64,000 nucleotides of DNA from an uncultured delta proteobacterium (lineage in GTDB: Bacteria; Myxococcota_A; Polyangia; Polyangiales; Polyangiaceae), in NCBI GenBank assembly GCA_963696385.1, contig CAVOKF010000001.1, positions 64,001-128,000 on the forward strand, written 5' to 3'. The translations under genes were made by a program, and so were the position numbers. The stretch's first letter is position 1, and each line of letters begins with the position of its first letter. Shown here in pieces: positions 42,898-52,620 of this stretch. The notes below the pieces were generated by a model that did no database searches, was not told where the DNA came from, and saw only the letters and a list, made by a program, of their open reading frames with translations.

Positions 42898-43983
42898 ATG
42901 GATCGAAATGTCGTGCTCAGCGACTTCATCGTCGCCCACCGCGATGAACTGATCGCGCTCACACGGGCGAAGGTCGCTCAACGACTGGCTCCAAGAGCCA
43001 CAGAACGGGAGCTTTTGTGCGGAGTGCCCTTGTTCTTGGATCAACTCGCCGAAACGCTTGATGGCGAGCCGACGTCGGTGGACAAGGCGATCGACCTCGG
43101 CGCGGTGGCGCACGGCGCGGCGTTGCTGAACCTCGGGTATACGGTGGCCCAGGTCGTTCACGACTACGGCGATGTCTGCCAGGCGATCACCGAGCTCGCC
43201 CTGAACAGCCACGCGCGGATCGCGACCGACGAATTTCACACGCTCAATCGATGCCTCGACAACGCCATCGCTCAGGCGGTGACGGAGTACACGCGGCTCC
43301 GGGAGCGATTGCTGGTCGATGGCGAAACGGAGCGATCGGGCCTCTTCGCGCACGAGCTACGAAACCGGATCTCGGCCGCGCAGTTTGCGTTCCAGGCGAT
43401 CAAGAACGGTCGCGCGCCCATCGCGGGGAGTGTCGCGTCGCTCATCACGCGAAACCTCCATGGGATGAAGGACCTCGTCGATCAAGCGCTGCTCGAGGTG
43501 CGTCTGGACTCCGGGACCGCGCGTCGGCAGCGCATTCATTTGCAAGAGCTTCTGGAAGAGGCGGAAGTCGACGGGATGATGGAGTCGGGGACGCATGGCG
43601 TTTCGCTCAGCGTCGCGGCGACCGATCGCCGCGTCGATGTGCACGCGGATCCCCATGTTCTCGCAGGAGCCGTCGGCAACCTGCTGCAAAACGCGTTCAA
43701 GTTCACGCCCGCGGGCGGGCATGTATCGATCAGGACCTCGGTCGCCGACGGGCACGTCGCGATCGAGATCGAAGACCAATGCGGGGGACTTCCTGAAGGC
43801 AAGGCGGAGGTGTTGCGGCGCGCCTTTGCGCAGTCCGGGAGCCAACGAAAGGGGTTGGGGCACGGCCTATTCATCAGCCTCAAGGGCGTCAAAGCAAGCG
43901 GGGGAGAGATCCGCGTGCGGGATGTTCCGGGAAGAGGCTGCGTCTTCGGAATTGACCTGCCGCTGATGCCCGCAACGGCATGA
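42898..43983 (+). CDS. Cytoplasmic histidine kinase, paralog of 18217..19296
   Basis: GYTVAQVVHDYGDVCQAITE, AHELRN, NAFKFT, DQCGG, GCVFGIDLP. Confidence 0.9.
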   Translation: MDRNVVLSDFIVAHRDELIALTRAKVAQRLAPRATERELLCGVPLFLDQLAETLDGEPTSVDKAIDLGAVAHGAALLNLGYTVAQVVHDYGDVCQAITELALNSHARIATDEFHTLNRCLDNAIAQAVTEYTRLRERLLVDGETERSGLFAHELRNRISAAQFAFQAIKNGRAPIAGSVASLITRNLHGMKDLVDQALLEVRLDSGTARRQRIHLQELLEEAEVDGMMESGTHGVSLSVAATDRRVDVHADPHVLAGAVGNLLQNAFKFTPAGGHVSIRTSVADGHVAIEIEDQCGGLPEGKAEVLRRAFAQSGSQRKGLGHGLFISLKGVKASGGEIRVRDVPGRGCVFGIDLPLMPATA

Positions 43984-45815
43984 CAGAGGCTTCGGCCTGG
44001 TCGCCAGTCGCGAGGGGCGGTCGCTCTCGCTCGGCGCATCGACGCGTGCTTCGAGGTCGCCGCGTGCGCGGCGCGATCGTCGGCTGGTTTGGAGCGATCG
44101 TCCTCTTGTCCGTTGTCACGGGACCTGCCCGCGCTCAGGGCAATGGCCTCTCCGCTCCGACGGGAGGGCGCTCGACTCTGATGGGCAACACGGGCGTAGC
44201 GCTCGCGCGCGACGGATCCGGGCCGTTTCTCAACCCGGCCACGATCGTCCGCATCGACGATCACTCCCTCGCGTTCTCCGTCAACTTCTACACGTTTGCC
44301 GCGACGCACTTCAGCGGCTGGCACCAGCAGGGGCCGGTCGACGCCTCGCTCTTCGGAAACGTGTCGCTCCGCGGGACCGGCGTCTGGTCGGACGGTCTCG
44401 ACATCTTGCCGTCGACGCTCTGCCTTTTCTTTACGATTCGGGGCGTGAGCTCGGAGGGATCGCACGACTCCGGCTTCCACCGCGGCCGTCATAAAGTGGC
44501 CTTCTGCTTCGGCAGCACCGAGTCGGCGGACGTCGGCTTGCCGGCGCTTCCTCTTCACGCAAGCACGCCGCTCGGCTCCACCGCGCAGGCGCAATCGGTC
44601 AGTCGCAGGTGGAACCGATTGTACGCGGGGCCGACCTACAGCTTCTCGCCGACCGACAGCCTTGCGCTGGGGGCCTCGATCCAGGGCGTCTACACCTCCG
44701 ACTCGTTCATCTTCGACAGCAGCAGCGTGACGTCGACGCTTTCGGGCAGCGCGATCGAGTCGTCGCTCGGGACGAGCGGCAACGGGCATGCGTTCGATCT
44801 GGCAGCCAGCCTCGGTGGCATCTACCACATCGGAAATTTCACGTTCGGCGCGAGCGTGCAACTGCCGGCCGTGCACCTTTTCGGCGTGTACGATGCGACA
44901 CTGCACGAGGAAAACGGAGATCCGGACAGCCACACGGCGACCCTTGCGACGGGACAGGGTTCGTTCAATGCCCCGCCGCCGGCGCGATTCGCCGTGGGTG
45001 CGGGGCTGGAACGGGGACGACTGGTGCTCGAACTCGACGAACGGCTCGACCTGCCCGTCGGCGCCATGTCGTCGACCATGACCGTGAGCGAGACGACGCT
45101 TGCAACCGGCGCTGCGCCTCTCGTGTCGCGCGCGTCGTACGTCGTCCCCGAGCGGCCCGTCTTGAACACGTCGGCCGGCTTCGAGTACCTGTTCTCGCCG
45201 ACGTTCAGCGTGCTCGGCGGAGCGTCGACCAATTTCACGACACTGTCGGCTCTCTTCCCGCAATCGTCGCTCGGCAACCTCGCGCCGGCCCGGACCAATA
45301 GCCTCGCCGTGTCTTTTGGAATCGGTTCGTACGGCGGCGGAACGGACCTGCTCATCGGGGCGCAGCTCGGGTACGGGTGGGGCCAGGCGATCGCGGTCAA
45401 TCCGTATGTCATCCCCAACCAGTGGGTCACGGTCGACCTCCAATCCTACAGTGCGATGATCGTCTTTGCGGGCGCCACGAGTTTCCGGTCGATCGGACGC
45501 GCTTTCGAAAAGATCGAGAATGCGGTCACGACCGGCAATCCGGATCGACCGAAGTCCGAGACGCCGACCGGCACGGCCGCCCCGGTAAGCCCGCTCGTGC
45601 CGGCTCCAGGCGTCCCCGGACCGGCCCCATCCAACGCGCCGACGGAGCTTCCGAGAACAGGCGAGTCGGATCCGCGCAACACCGGGGCGGACGGCGGAGT
45701 CGTCGAGCCTTTCGGTTCCCCAACGGCAGGCGACGGCGGGGCACCGCCGGCCCGGCCTTCCGATCTGCCATCGCCGCTCTTCGATCCACTCCATCGCGCG
45801 GTGCCGCCCGGGTGA
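43980..45815 (+). CDS. Outer-membrane beta-barrel, FadL/OmpP1/TodX-like, with Pro-rich C-terminal tail
   Basis: Signal peptide (ARA-Q); GGRSTLMGNTGVA...FLNPA hatch motif; amphipathic strands. Confidence 0.65.
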   Translation: MTEASAWSPVARGGRSRSAHRRVLRGRRVRGAIVGWFGAIVLLSVVTGPARAQGNGLSAPTGGRSTLMGNTGVALARDGSGPFLNPATIVRIDDHSLAFSVNFYTFAATHFSGWHQQGPVDASLFGNVSLRGTGVWSDGLDILPSTLCLFFTIRGVSSEGSHDSGFHRGRHKVAFCFGSTESADVGLPALPLHASTPLGSTAQAQSVSRRWNRLYAGPTYSFSPTDSLALGASIQGVYTSDSFIFDSSSVTSTLSGSAIESSLGTSGNGHAFDLAASLGGIYHIGNFTFGASVQLPAVHLFGVYDATLHEENGDPDSHTATLATGQGSFNAPPPARFAVGAGLERGRLVLELDERLDLPVGAMSSTMTVSETTLATGAAPLVSRASYVVPERPVLNTSAGFEYLFSPTFSVLGGASTNFTTLSALFPQSSLGNLAPARTNSLAVSFGIGSYGGGTDLLIGAQLGYGWGQAIAVNPYVIPNQWVTVDLQSYSAMIVFAGATSFRSIGRAFEKIENAVTTGNPDRPKSETPTGTAAPVSPLVPAPGVPGPAPSNAPTELPRTGESDPRNTGADGGVVEPFGSPTAGDGGAPPARPSDLPSPLFDPLHRAVPPG

Positions 45816-45872
45816 TCGCCCGGCCCCGATTTGGCGTACCATGCGTAGGCTCAGGAGTGAGCGCGAACTCCC

Positions 45873-46184
45873 TCAAACGGGGGCGGCCTTGGCCGGCTGC
45901 CGCGCCGCCTTTTCCATGGCGGTCGCCAGATCGAAATCGAGAGCGCTGATGCCGCCGGCATCGTGCGTCGTCAGATCCACGACGACACGATTGAAGACGT
46001 TGAACCACTCGGGGTGATGGTCCTGCTTCTGCGCGATGAGTGCACACGTGGCCATGAAGCCAAATGCGTCGGAAAAGTCGGCAAACGTGTAATCGCGGTG
46101 GAGCTTGCCGTCACGCACCACCCATCCGGGCAGCCTCTGCAATCTCTCTTTCAACTCGACCTCGGTCAACTTGGGCATTTTCAT
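45873..46184 (-). CDS. phhB: Pterin-4a-carbinolamine dehydratase
   Basis: LPGW, F.DFSDAFGFM, DHHPEWFNVFNRV.V.LTTHDAGGIS.LD. Confidence 0.93.
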   Translation of the reverse strand: MKMPKLTEVELKERLQRLPGWVVRDGKLHRDYTFADFSDAFGFMATCALIAQKQDHHPEWFNVFNRVVVDLTTHDAGGISALDFDLATAMEKAARQPAKAAPV

Positions 46185-46195
46185 GCCCGAATGCG

Positions 46196-46211
46196 AGCAC
46201 GGTCCATGCCG
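46196..46211 (-). promoter_or_regulatory. sigma54-like promoter for phhB
   Basis: Minus strand CGGCATGGACCGTGCT, 11 nt before ATG 46184. Confidence 0.55.
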
Positions 46212-46246
46212 AGGATCTCGTCCATGCCCTGACCGGGCGCGTTGCC

Positions 46247-47659
46247 TCATTTCGGCGCTGGGGTTCTCCGCGACGACAGAAAAAGGACCAGCTGCTCCAG
46301 CTCCTGAGGCGCGAGCGTCCCCGCAAAGCCCGGCATGTTCGTTCCACCGTTCGAAATTCGGATCGTGATGTCCTCTCGCGTCAGAAGATCGCCGATGGTG
46401 CTCAGGTTCGGTCCGCGCCGCCCGCCGTTGCCCGCGATGAGATGGCAGTTCAGGCAACCCTTGTCGTGAAAGAGCCGCGCGCCCTCCGCCACGGGCCCGT
46501 CGGTGGCACCCACGACCTCCGCGGTGAGCGGCGGCGCGTCGAAATTCGGCGACCAAGGCGAACGAGCGCCGAGGATCCAAAGGGACCCGATCATGACCAC
46601 CGTGAGCACCACCATCCCGATCGCCCACGGGCGACGCCGCGCGCTCCGCTCTCCCTTGTTGGAGATGAGCGGGGCAGAAATGAGCAGTCCGCCCACGGCG
46701 ATCGGCGCAAAGAGGATGATGGCGGTCTCGATCCTCGGCGGAGCGAGCGCGAGGACCGCGAAATACCAAAGAAGGTACCAATCCGGGCGCGGGTCGGAGG
46801 CAAGGAGACTCGGGTCGGGCGGAGCGCCGATCGGGACAGGACCGACGAAGATCGCGAGCAGAAGGATGCCCGTCGCCATCGCGACGCCGAACACGACGTC
46901 GCGCCAGGCGGCGTCCGGCCAGAAGGGGACGCCGTGCTTCGCGAGGTGCTCCTTGTAGCGGCTCCGGTACGTCTTGGGATCGACGAGATCGCCGGCCGTG
47001 GGCGGCTCGGAGATCCCGTGCCTCACCACGAGGAACACGTGCAGGGCCACTCCCGCGAAGAGCATCGCAGGGATCAGAAACACGTGGATGGCGAAAAAAC
47101 GACTGAGCGTGGCGCCCCCCACCGTGTCGCCTCCGAGGATGAAGCGGGCGATCCGGTCGCCGACCAGGGGCAGGCGCCCCGCCTGCTCCGCGCCGACCAC
47201 GACCGACCACGTCGCGTTTTGGTCCCAGCGAAGCAGCTGGCCGGTGAATCCCATGCCGAGCGTCAACGCGAGGAGCCCCACCCCCGAGAGCCAATTCATC
47301 TCGCGGGGAAACTTGTACGATCCGGAAATATAGACCTGCCCCATGTGGATGCCCACCATCAGCACCATCGCCGAGGCGCCGTAGTAGTGGAGCCCGCGCA
47401 GCGTGCGGCCGAACGGGGCGCTGTTCGTGATGAAGAGCAGGGTCTCGTACGCCTGCGAGGACGAGGCGATGTAGGAGAAGGCGAGCGTCACGCCGCTCAG
47501 GACTTGGATGGCGAGCGCGAACAGCGTGGCGCTCCCGAACACGTACCACCAGCGCGCGCCGCGCGGCACCGGGTGCTTGAGCAGCGGTCCGACGAGCGAC
47601 GAGATGCCCACGCGATCGTCGATCGTGGCCCAGGTGGTCTTCACGAGTCGCTTGATCAT
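46247..47659 (-). CDS. qcrB: Cytochrome b of a Rieske/bc complex fused to a C-terminal c-type cytochrome
   Basis: [47 protein letters not shown]-terminal CLNCH...NMP. Confidence 0.92.
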   Translation of the reverse strand: MIKRLVKTTWATIDDRVGISSLVGPLLKHPVPRGARWWYVFGSATLFALAIQVLSGVTLAFSYIASSSQAYETLLFITNSAPFGRTLRGLHYYGASAMVLMVGIHMGQVYISGSYKFPREMNWLSGVGLLALTLGMGFTGQLLRWDQNATWSVVVGAEQAGRLPLVGDRIARFILGGDTVGGATLSRFFAIHVFLIPAMLFAGVALHVFLVVRHGISEPPTAGDLVDPKTYRSRYKEHLAKHGVPFWPDAAWRDVVFGVAMATGILLLAIFVGPVPIGAPPDPSLLASDPRPDWYLLWYFAVLALAPPRIETAIILFAPIAVGGLLISAPLISNKGERSARRRPWAIGMVVLTVVMIGSLWILGARSPWSPNFDAPPLTAEVVGATDGPVAEGARLFHDKGCLNCHLIAGNGGRRGPNLSTIGDLLTREDITIRISNGGTNMPGFAGTLAPQELEQLVLFLSSRRTPAPK

Positions 47660-47661
47660 GT

Positions 47662-48204
47662 TCAGCCGATCGGGATGGGGTCCGCTCGGATCGCCACTTC
47701 GCCGTTTTGGATGCGGACCGGGTACCGGGTGAGAGGGTGAGGCGGCGGTCCAGCAGCGACGCGACCATCCTCGTAGTACACGCCGCCGTGGCAAGGGCAC
47801 ATGAAGAGAAGCGCTTCTCGGATCCAGCGAACGGGGCATCCGAGGTGCGAGCAGTTGACCGAGAATGCGACAAACTCGTCCTCGCTCAAGCGGCGGAGCC
47901 ACGCGGAGGTTTTCGCGGTGACGCCCGCCCAGGGCAAAGGCGATCCGTCGATGAACACGACGTTGACGGTCTCGCCCACTTTGAAATGTTCGACCTTGCC
48001 CACGGGGCGCCATTCGAGAGGAGCGTCGCGAAGGAGCGGCGCCACGACGAACCCCACCCCGGGGACCGAGATCGCGGCGCCGCAAGCGACGCCCAGGCCG
48101 ACCGTCATTTTGCCGAGGAGCTGGCGACGCGCGATCTCGTGAGCCGACTCGGGCGGCCTCTCGACGAGCGCGGGCTCGTCGTCGTCCCGCTTTTCATGGT
48201 TCAT
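47662..48204 (-). CDS. qcrA: Rieske 2Fe-2S subunit (Tat-exported)
   Basis: ARRQLL + TM helix; CSHLGC and [15 protein letters not shown]. Confidence 0.93.
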   Translation of the reverse strand: MNHEKRDDDEPALVERPPESAHEIARRQLLGKMTVGLGVACGAAISVPGVGFVVAPLLRDAPLEWRPVGKVEHFKVGETVNVVFIDGSPLPWAGVTAKTSAWLRRLSEDEFVAFSVNCSHLGCPVRWIREALLFMCPCHGGVYYEDGRVAAGPPPHPLTRYPVRIQNGEVAIRADPIPIG

Positions 48205-48418
48205 GGCGGATCTCTCCAATCCAGCCGATCAGGGATACGACGACGACCAGAGCCCCCCCGAACAGAACGACGGGCGACGTTGCGATTCCCCACAAGCCAA
48301 GGGTGATACCGAACGCCATCGAAGCGGGGAACACCGTGGGTCGAGCCATCCCCTCGAGCCTGACCTCGACCCCATCGGCGGCGTCCTCGGGCTTCGGACG
48401 GTCGGGATCGGACGTCAT
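48194..48418 (-). CDS. Small two-TM protein, probable oxidase subunit IV (CtaF-like)
   Basis: RPTVFP...GITLGLWG...GWIGEI; overlaps both neighbours in the cta-qcr operon. Confidence 0.65.
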   Translation of the reverse strand: MTSDPDRPKPEDAADGVEVRLEGMARPTVFPASMAFGITLGLWGIATSPVVLFGGALVVVVSLIGWIGEIRHEP

Positions 48419-49212
48419 GGCGCGCCTCCCGCCGCATGCGGCAGAGTCTGCTCCTCGCCGTAATAGCGGCCGATCGTCGCGAGGATCGCCGCCGCGTAGA
48501 CAAAGCAGGCCGGTACCCACATCATCAGGCCACCGATCTCCTGATCGGCCCGACACGACAGACCCCAGCCGTCGCGCAAGAGCGGAAGGACGCCGAGCGA
48601 GTCGACGGGGTGCGTGTACGCGCTGCAGACCTCGACGGGCGAGAGGGTGACCACGATGCCGAGAATCGTGCAGGCGACGCACGCGGCGAAAAGATACAGG
48701 ATGGCGGCGAATGCCGGCAGGCGATCCGCGACGCAAGGCGCGAGGATCGGTCGCCAGAACGCGTACCCCATCCCGAGCAGCGACGCGGTCTGAAAGGCCT
48801 GCACACTCGGGCTTACGGCGGCCGCGTTGCAGAGCGAGGGCGCATGCCAGAACCACATGGCTCCGACGCCTGCGACCCAAGGTCCCAGGTACCCGAACGC
48901 GCCTCGATCGCGCGGAGGAGACGCGCGCGGCGCGCGCTCGCGAGGCAGTCCCAGAAGCACGAGCGGCGGGACGACCAGCATCAGGAGCAGGTGCTGGAGC
49001 ATGTGCGCGCTGAACGAGTAGCCCCGCGCGAGAACGCCGATCGGCGACGCGAGCGCCACAAAGAAGATCGCGACCGCTAGACCAAAGAAGACCGCCCTTG
49101 CGTCGAGGCGACCGCGGTAGCGAAAACCGTACGCGCCGAGCGCGAGGATGCACGCGAGCGGGACTACGGTCCCCGGATCCCACGCCGAAAGCAGAAGCGA
49201 ACGTGTCGTCAC
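48415..49212 (-). CDS. ctaG: caa3-type cytochrome c oxidase assembly factor CtaG
   Basis: ALASPI, FSAHMLQHLLL..VVPPL, WFWHAP, DQEIGGLMMWVP. GTG start overlaps the ctaD stop. Confidence 0.9.
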   Translation of the reverse strand: MTTRSLLLSAWDPGTVVPLACILALGAYGFRYRGRLDARAVFFGLAVAIFFVALASPIGVLARGYSFSAHMLQHLLLMLVVPPLVLLGLPRERAPRASPPRDRGAFGYLGPWVAGVGAMWFWHAPSLCNAAAVSPSVQAFQTASLLGMGYAFWRPILAPCVADRLPAFAAILYLFAACVACTILGIVVTLSPVEVCSAYTHPVDSLGVLPLLRDGWGLSCRADQEIGGLMMWVPACFVYAAAILATIGRYYGEEQTLPHAAGGAP

Positions 49213-51422
49213 AGAACGATTCTTCCGTAGACGAGGGTGAACACGACGAGCCAAACCGCGTCGACGAAGTGCCAATAGAGCCCGACGGCCCGAAGCGCGC
49301 GAGACGACTTGTCCCGAAAGTCGCCCGTGGACGCGAGGCCCGCGAGGAATCCAAGCGCGACGAGCCCCAGCAAGACGTGGAGGCCATGAAATCCGGTGAG
49401 GGTGAAGAAGGTGGACGTGAACAGGCTGCTGTCCACCGCGAACCCGCGCTCGAAGAGCTTCGCGTACTCGCGGGCTTGCCCGCCCAGAAAGACGAGGCCG
49501 AGCGCGAGGGTCGCGGTCGACCACGCGCGGAAGGCGCGAATCGTGCCGCGCGCGAGGCCTCTTTCCGCGAAGTAAAGGGTGAGGCTGCTCGCGAGCAAAC
49601 ACACGGTCAGTACGCCGGCTTTCTTGACGTCGAGCGCGGCCGCCGCCGCCTTCGTCGACAGGTTGAAGAAGACATACGACAGGATGAGGACGACGAAGAA
49701 CGCCGCTTCCGAGACGATGAGCGCCCAGACCGCGACCACGGCCTTGTCGGGCGCGTGGCTCTCTGGCGCGGCGGTGCGGGCTGGCGTGCCCTCGGGCGCA
49801 ACGGGATCCCGAAGCGGACGCCGGCTGCGGACGGAAAGAGCGCGCTCGAAGTTGTGCGGAGGCGGTGGCGAAGTCGTTGCCCACTCGAGGGTCCACCCGT
49901 TCCACGGATTGTCGCCGGCGACATGGCCGCGACGCAGGCTCGTCGCCATGTTGATCCCGAAGACGGCGACCGACACGCCCATGACGAACGCGCCCACGGT
50001 CGAGGCCATGTTCAGCGCGCCCCACCCGGGCAAATCCGGATACGTGTACACGCGCCGGGGCATGCCCAGGATGCCCAGAAAGTGCTGCACGAAAAATGTC
50101 AGGTTGAAGCCGACGACCGTGAGCCAGAAGTGCGCCTTGCCCCACCGCTCGTCGAGAAGGCGGCCGGTCATCTTGGGAAACCAGTAATAGATCCCCGCGA
50201 AGATCGCGAAGGCCGTGCCCCCGAACAACACGTAGTGGAAATGCGCGACCAGATAATACGTGTCGGTGACCTGCCAGTCGATCGGTGCCGCGGCGAACGT
50301 GATGCCGCTCAGGCCGCCGATGACGAACTCGAGCAGAAACGCGACCGCGAACATCATCGCCGTCGTGAACCGGATCGCGCCCCCCCACATCGTCGCGATC
50401 CAGTTGAAGATCTTGACGCCGGTGGGCACGGCGATGGCCATGCTTCCCATCGCGAACGCCAGGTCGGCTCTGTGCCCGAGCCCCACCGCGAACATGTGGT
50501 GGGCCCAGACGCCGAAGCTCAGGATCGCGATGGCGACCGTCGAGGCCGCGACGAACTCGTAGCCGAAAATGGGCTTTCCGGAGAAGACGGGGATGACCTC
50601 GGAGATGATCCCGAACGCCGGCAGCGCCATGATGTAGACCTCCGGGTGCCCGAAGGTCCAAAAGAAGTGCTGCCACAAGATGGCCGAGCCGCCGCCGGTC
50701 GCCTGGAAAAAGTGAGCGTCGAGGCGGCGATCGACCAAAAGCATCACGAGCGACGCGTTCAGGACGGGCAACGCGAGGACGATGAGGCTGGCGGTGACGA
50801 ACGTCATCCACACGAACAGCGGCAGCCGCCGGATGGTGAGGCCGGGTGCGCGGAGCGTGATGACCGTGGCGATGAGGTTGATCGCCCCGCTGACCGAGCC
50901 GATTCCGAGCACCAGAAGCGCCAGGATCCAGTAGTCGATCCCTGCCGTGGAGCTGTAGGGTGTCTCGCTGAGCGGGGCGTAGCTGAACCAGCCGGCCGAA
51001 GGGGCGCCGCCGGCGAAGAGGCTGAAGTGAAGGAGCAGGCCGCCAAACGGGAATAGCCAATAGCTCAGTGCGTTCAGCCGCGGAAACGCCATGTCGCGGG
51101 CCCCAATCATCAGCGGCACGAAGTAGTTGCCCAGACCGACCAGCGCGGGCATCACGACGAGAAAGATCATCGTCGTGCCGTGCATCGTGAACATCTCGTT
51201 ATACGTCTCCGGCGAAAGAAAGTGCGCGTTCGGGCGCGCGAGCTGGATACGAATGAGGAGCGCTTCGACTCCTCCGACGGCGAAGAAGACGAGTGAGGTG
51301 AGCAGATAGAGCAGGCCGATGCGCTTGTGATCGACTGTGGCCACCCAGGCGAATGCGCCGAGTTCGTCTTGCCGCGCGCCGCGTTCCGGGACGACGGCGA
51401 CCTCGGGATTCGCGACGGTCAT
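49209..51422 (-). CDS. ctaD: Cytochrome c oxidase subunit I (type A1) fused to a subunit III domain
   Basis: DHKRIG, TMHGTTMIF, DMAFPRLN, FGHPEVY, VWAHHM, VAHFHY, GMPRR; then SEAAFF...LTGFHGLHV...YWHFVDAVW. Start MTVANP at 51422. Confidence 0.95.
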   Translation of the reverse strand: MTVANPEVAVVPERGARQDELGAFAWVATVDHKRIGLLYLLTSLVFFAVGGVEALLIRIQLARPNAHFLSPETYNEMFTMHGTTMIFLVVMPALVGLGNYFVPLMIGARDMAFPRLNALSYWLFPFGGLLLHFSLFAGGAPSAGWFSYAPLSETPYSSTAGIDYWILALLVLGIGSVSGAINLIATVITLRAPGLTIRRLPLFVWMTFVTASLIVLALPVLNASLVMLLVDRRLDAHFFQATGGGSAILWQHFFWTFGHPEVYIMALPAFGIISEVIPVFSGKPIFGYEFVAASTVAIAILSFGVWAHHMFAVGLGHRADLAFAMGSMAIAVPTGVKIFNWIATMWGGAIRFTTAMMFAVAFLLEFVIGGLSGITFAAAPIDWQVTDTYYLVAHFHYVLFGGTAFAIFAGIYYWFPKMTGRLLDERWGKAHFWLTVVGFNLTFFVQHFLGILGMPRRVYTYPDLPGWGALNMASTVGAFVMGVSVAVFGINMATSLRRGHVAGDNPWNGWTLEWATTSPPPPHNFERALSVRSRRPLRDPVAPEGTPARTAAPESHAPDKAVVAVWALIVSEAAFFVVLILSYVFFNLSTKAAAAALDVKKAGVLTVCLLASSLTLYFAERGLARGTIRAFRAWSTATLALGLVFLGGQAREYAKLFERGFAVDSSLFTSTFFTLTGFHGLHVLLGLVALGFLAGLASTGDFRDKSSRALRAVGLYWHFVDAVWLVVFTLVYGRIVL

Positions 51423-52363
51423 CGGAGTGTCTCCAGATACGCGACGAGGTCTTTGACCTGATGGTCGGGCAGCTGTGCGTTCGGCATGTGGCAGCCCTCC
51501 TTGATGTCTTGCGGATTCTCGAGCCATTGAGCCAAAGTCGCCGGGGTGTTGGGCAGGACCCCGGCGCCCAGCGTCGTGCGCTCTGCGAGGTGCGTCAGGT
51601 CGGGTGCGAACCGGGCGCTTTCTCCGTTGCCGCGGATCGAGTGACACGTGATGCACGTCATCGCTGCGAAGATCGTCGCACCTCGGAGCGCCGCCTCGTC
51701 TACCGGGTGAGCCGCCGGGGCGATCTGGTGACGCTCCCAGGTCGTGAATTGGTCCGGCGTGTCCATCACGACGAGGATGCGCATCCACGCGTGCTGGGCG
51801 CCGCAGTACTCGGCGCACGTGCCCGCGTACGTGCCGGGTTGATCCGCCTGCATCCAGAGGCTCGTGGGCCGTCCCGGAGTGGCGTCCATCTTGCGTCCGA
51901 GCTCGGGAACCCAGAAATCGTGCACGACGTCCGCCGACTCGAGGCGAACGACCAGCGGCTTGCCGGCAGGGAGGTGGATCTCGTTCGCGGTGACGGCGCC
52001 CGACGGGTACCTCGCCTCCCACCACCACTGGTGGGCGATGATCGTCACGTCCGGGGCCCGATCGACCGCGGGATCCGACGCCTGCATCGCTCGTCCGGTG
52101 AGGACCAGCAGCCAGGTGAGGAGCAACACGGGGGCGATCGTCCAGCCGATCTCGAGACGCGTATTGCCTTCGATGGGCTTCGGTTCGCGCGCACTCTTTG
52201 CGCGAAAGCGCAACACACAAACCGAGATCAGAGCCGTCACGAGGAAGAAGACGGCGCCGCAAAGGAGCAGCGTGGTCGCGAAGAGGTTGGCGATCGCGGC
52301 CGCCTGGGGCGAGTGGGGATGGAACGGCCCTGCGACGAGGCCCGTCAATGCCTTGGCGCTCAC
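51419..52363 (-). CDS. ctaC: Cytochrome c oxidase subunit II with fused cytochrome c (caa3 type)
   Basis: LEIGWT, HQWWWE, DVVHDFWVP, CAEYCGAQHAWM (CuA), CITCH...HMP. Start inferred at GTG 52363. Confidence 0.93.
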   Translation of the reverse strand: MSAKALTGLVAGPFHPHSPQAAAIANLFATTLLLCGAVFFLVTALISVCVLRFRAKSAREPKPIEGNTRLEIGWTIAPVLLLTWLLVLTGRAMQASDPAVDRAPDVTIIAHQWWWEARYPSGAVTANEIHLPAGKPLVVRLESADVVHDFWVPELGRKMDATPGRPTSLWMQADQPGTYAGTCAEYCGAQHAWMRILVVMDTPDQFTTWERHQIAPAAHPVDEAALRGATIFAAMTCITCHSIRGNGESARFAPDLTHLAERTTLGAGVLPNTPATLAQWLENPQDIKEGCHMPNAQLPDHQVKDLVAYLETLR

Positions 52364-52589
52364 CGCCGCAAGGCTATCTGCGACCCCCGGAACCGACAAA
52401 CGCGAAGCGGCAAAAGCCCTGAGCCACGAGCTCGCTTGCAATTTGCAAAGTGCCTTGGCAAGGTGCAAAGGATGGCATGCGCCAGGGTGGTTGACCGACG
52501 CCTCTCTCTGCGCGGGAGGCGGGGTAGGTTCACTTTTCTTTCGAGGGGTTGCCGACTCGGCCCCACCCGGACCGGGGAGCCACGATTCC

Positions 52590-52605
52590 GGGAACGCATC
52601 GTGCA
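52590..52605 (+). promoter_or_regulatory. sigma54-like promoter for the multiheme lipoprotein genes
   Basis: GGGAACGCATCGTGCA, 15 nt before ATG 52621. Confidence 0.4.
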
Positions 52606-52620
52606 CGTGGCCGCGGATCC

